Shown here: in pieces, positions 61,390 through 64,000 of the stretch
Layout of the letters: each line of letters begins with the position of its first letter
Numbering within the stretch: the first letter of the stretch is position 1
Origin: Porphyridium purpureum
Lineage: Eukaryota
Length of the DNA: 64,000 nt
Direction: 5' to 3'
Assembly (NCBI GenBank): GCA_008690995.1
Contig: VRMN01000003.1
Span: forward strand, 930,001 to 994,000
The notes under the pieces: model-generated
Databases searched by the model: none
Seen by the model: only the letters and a program-made list of their open reading frames with translations
Told to the model about the DNA's origin: nothing
Made by a program: the position numbers and the translations under genes

Positions 61390-62679
61390 ATGTTGACTGC
61401 TAACAACTTCCAGGCGGTCCACGTCGTGGACAAGTCGCCGCTGGTCGCGGCGACCGTGTCGAAGCCAGAGCAGAAGGTGCTGGTCAAGCAAAAGGAGGCC
61501 CCCGTGACTGCCCACTTTGGACGTTACCACAAGAAGATGGAGACTGACGTGATTGTCAAGGACGGAATCCTGATGGACTTTCGCCACTACGCGAAGAGCG
61601 TGTTGCCAGAGGACAGCCACTTATCCAAGAACTATCTGGTCACCGACCGCATAGTGGATGAGCTGTACGGCGACCAGGTGTTGAACGAGATGCGTGCTGC
61701 CGGACTGGACGTGGAGAAACTGGTCATGCCGGCAGACAACTGCGACGAGTCTGGCGAGTCGTCCGCTGAAATGCACAAGACGCTCAAGGTCTTGTCGTGG
61801 ATGATTGATTCGATTCTTGATATGGGCATCGACAAGCACTCGTGCATTGTGTCGCTGGGTGGCGGTGTGGTCAATAACCTTTGCGGATTCCTGGCGAGCT
61901 CCCTGTACCGTGGCATCTCTCTGGTTCACATCACCACCACCATGATGGGTCAGTCGGACGCAGCCATCGACTTCAAGCAGGCCGTCAACCATCCGCGCGG
62001 CAAGAACCTCGTCGGGTCGTACTATCCGGCGAGCAAAGTGGTGTGCGACCCTGCGACGCTGACGACACTGTCAGATCGTCACCTGCTGAACGGTCTTTCG
62101 GAGTGTATCAAACACGCCATTACCCAGTCCAAGGACATGCTTGACTTCATTCTTGACGGCATCCACGACATGCGCAACACCAAGTACCTCGAGGCGGTCG
62201 TGCGCATGACAGTGGAGCATAAGGCCCCGACCTTGACGGACTATCACGACAGTGACTTCAACGAGATGTGCCCTCAGTACGGCCACGCCATTGGCCACGC
62301 CGTGGAGCACCTTTCGTGGCACGAAGGGTTCGGCCCAGCGCTCCTGCATGGCGAGGCTATTGCGATCGGCATGTGCGTCTCCGCCGAAATTGCATACATC
62401 ATGGATCTGTGTGACGAAGCTGTTGTAGACAAACACTACGAAATCTTCGAGAAGGCTGCGTTGCCCGTGCACATTCCGTCAAACATGACACTGGACCTGG
62501 TTCTGGAGAAGCTAACATACGACAAGCATTACTTGCGTTGCAAGCCGACAATGGGCTTGGTTACGGACATCGGTAACATGCACCTGGACGAGGAAAACAT
62601 GTGCTACGGAATCAAAATCGATGAGGAAATTTTGCTTTCCGCGATGGAGGCCAATGTGGAACGGCGCTGCCGCTCATAA
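61390..62679 (+). CDS. Sugar-phosphate cyclase (DHQS superfamily), 2-deoxy-scyllo-inosose synthase-like
   Basis: EMHKTL, SLGGGVVNNLCG, YRGISLVHITTTMMGQSDAAIDFKQAVN, GKNLVGSYYP, GLSECIKH, QYGHAIGHAVE and LLHGEAIAIGM (metal ligands E, H, H present). Confidence 0.88.
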   Translation: MLTANNFQAVHVVDKSPLVAATVSKPEQKVLVKQKEAPVTAHFGRYHKKMETDVIVKDGILMDFRHYAKSVLPEDSHLSKNYLVTDRIVDELYGDQVLNEMRAAGLDVEKLVMPADNCDESGESSAEMHKTLKVLSWMIDSILDMGIDKHSCIVSLGGGVVNNLCGFLASSLYRGISLVHITTTMMGQSDAAIDFKQAVNHPRGKNLVGSYYPASKVVCDPATLTTLSDRHLLNGLSECIKHAITQSKDMLDFILDGIHDMRNTKYLEAVVRMTVEHKAPTLTDYHDSDFNEMCPQYGHAIGHAVEHLSWHEGFGPALLHGEAIAIGMCVSAEIAYIMDLCDEAVVDKHYEIFEKAALPVHIPSNMTLDLVLEKLTYDKHYLRCKPTMGLVTDIGNMHLDEENMCYGIKIDEEILLSAMEANVERRCRS

Positions 62680-63117
62680 GGTACTGGGCGGAAAATTCTA
62701 GAGCTCGGCGCTCTGGGGACGTTCCTCGAGTCTCTCACTGTCGATGGAATTGTTTGTGTCACACCTAACTTTTTTTTTTTTTTTGCTGTGTGGAGTTGTT
62801 CTCACGAGGATGTGTGCGTGCGCGTGCCGCGCATGAACAGTCGAAACAATAAATGATTCTCGTGATCGCAACCATCTTCATTCTGACTCGTGATGTTCAA
62901 CACAGCTTGCAACAGCGACAACACCCATGATATTAACACGGTCCTGTTCGTAGAGTAGGCGACCATGACTCCCGGCCGTAATCGTAACGCGTCAGGCAAA
63001 CTAAAGACGCTGCCTGCTTCTTGGCCCCGTGCGCACAAAGTTCCCGACTCTGCCGCGTTTTGGCGGATGAACAAGGGGTTTCCATTTTCGGGACGATGGC
63101 GACCGAGAGGAGAGGGG

Positions 63118-64000
63118 ATGGCGGATGACGGAGGGACACGGGTGCGAGACGTACGTGCGGTATGTTTGCAGGCGATTGCGGCGCTTGAGCAAGGAGATGA
63201 GGATGTTCGGCAGGAGATATTTCAGCTACTGCGTCTGACGCTGACCAAGGTACCGCGCGATGCGTGGCGCTCTGTTTCTCAGCTGGCCGACGCCGCGAAC
63301 AATGAACTGGACAAACTGATGTATGTGCTGGTGCATGAGTATCTGGTCACTGTGGCACCCACGCAGACGCACTCTCGGGATGAGTACGAGGATTTGATCG
63401 GGTTGCTGTGCTACTACGCCGCCAGCGCAGAGCTGCTTCAGTATTTGCTCCAGCAGCTTGCTGAGCTCACAGTATTGATCCACCGGAGAGCCGATTTCGC
63501 GCAGCAGAACGGAGCACTCACGGCCCACGGGAGCGCAGAAATGCAACCTCGGAAGAGGATGGCGAACAGGTCAGTGAAGCATAATACTCCGGCCAAGACA
63601 CGTGCGGAAGCACCGCCAAGTCATGCGAAAAGCTCAAGCGCAACACAAGGGGCGGCGGTTGGTGACGACCGGGCCGCGGTGTTCTTCCAGCGCTTGGCGC
63701 CTGCAAGCATTCGTGAGAAGGACCGATATTGCATCGACTTGTCGAAACCTCAACTCTTTGAGCTTGTGAGCTGCCTGCTCAACCGAGTTGCAGCCGTGCC
63801 AAGGATTCGCTCGTTTGTCAAATTGGAGAGACACACGGAAATGGATCCGTTGGGGGAGCTTGGCAATTTACCAGTTCGCGCTTTACAAAAGCTGATTCCC
63901 GCATTGTCCACCATGATCGGTTCGAATCCGAGAGATCGAAAGGTGCGCATTTTTTGCGCAAAGTTAAGAGCGCGGGTGCAGAATGAATTCGACGGTCAAC
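63118..64000 (+). CDS. Hypothetical protein, 5' part; continues beyond window end
   Basis: Manual translation shows no stop from ATG 63067/63118 (MADDGGTRVRDVRAVCLQAIAALEQGDEDVRQEIFQLLRL...) to the window edge; helical, Leu-rich. Confidence 0.7.
   Translation, partial: MADDGGTRVRDVRAVCLQAIAALEQGDEDVRQEIFQLLRLTLTKVPRDAWRSVSQLADAANNELDKLMYVLVHEYLVTVAPTQTHSRDEYEDLIGLLCYYAASAELLQYLLQQLAELTVLIHRRADFAQQNGALTAHGSAEMQPRKRMANRSVKHNTPAKTRAEAPPSHAKSSSATQGAAVGDDRAAVFFQRLAPASIREKDRYCIDLSKPQLFELVSCLLNRVAAVPRIRSFVKLERHTEMDPLGELGNLPVRALQKLIPALSTMIGSNPRDRKVRIFCAKLRARVQNEFDGQ

Noticed and set aside
61390..62679. MAA-pathway DDG synthase (MysA) or ordinary shikimate DHQS
   Set aside because: It lacks the MLE..PNL.E and GHTWS motifs of DDGS and the SVGGKT and R..LN.GH motifs of DHQS. 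No O-methyltransferase or ATP-grasp neighbour is seen in the window.
61390..64000. Aminoglycoside-like biosynthetic gene cluster around the DOIS-like gene
   Set aside because: Neighbours are a MAPK and an unrecognised helical protein. No aminotransferase, dehydrogenase or glycosyltransferase is adjacent, although the window ends 1.3 kb downstream.

Overview
Eukaryotic nuclear DNA that is gene-dense, nearly intron-free and GC-rich. Gene content points to a unicellular red alga, with Porphyridium as my unverified best guess: plastid-type presequences (MAAF/MAF...), an NblB-type phycobilisome HEAT protein, a plant-type DGDG synthase, an STN7-like kinase and a TDY-MAPK. About 35 CDSs can be supported, mostly housekeeping (PP2A B', SpoU/TrmH, SF3A1, MKP1-like DSP, TPS, Sec7/BIG, RNF10, AGC-VIII kinase, PhyH, ABHD17, PurE-PurC, NIFK, NOP58, TRIP4, SMARCD, TMEM19). 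I found no rRNA, tRNA, CRISPR or transposase. Highlights: (1) a sugar-phosphate cyclase (61390-62679) whose motifs match bacterial 2-deoxy-scyllo-inosose synthase rather than DHQS or the MAA enzyme DDGS, with a Glu-to-Gln change at the catalytic position; (2) a 7 kb tandem array (48.2-55.1 kb) of an unrecognised family with mitochondrial-type presequences, with four intact copies, one copy frameshifted by a 10-bp duplication, and two decayed relics; (3) a recurrent intergenic motif CACTGTAC; (4) a 38-bp inverted repeat element; (5) a PurE-PurC fusion in the reverse order to PAICS; (6) several apparent pseudo-enzyme domains. All family calls are motif recognition from memory, not database searches.
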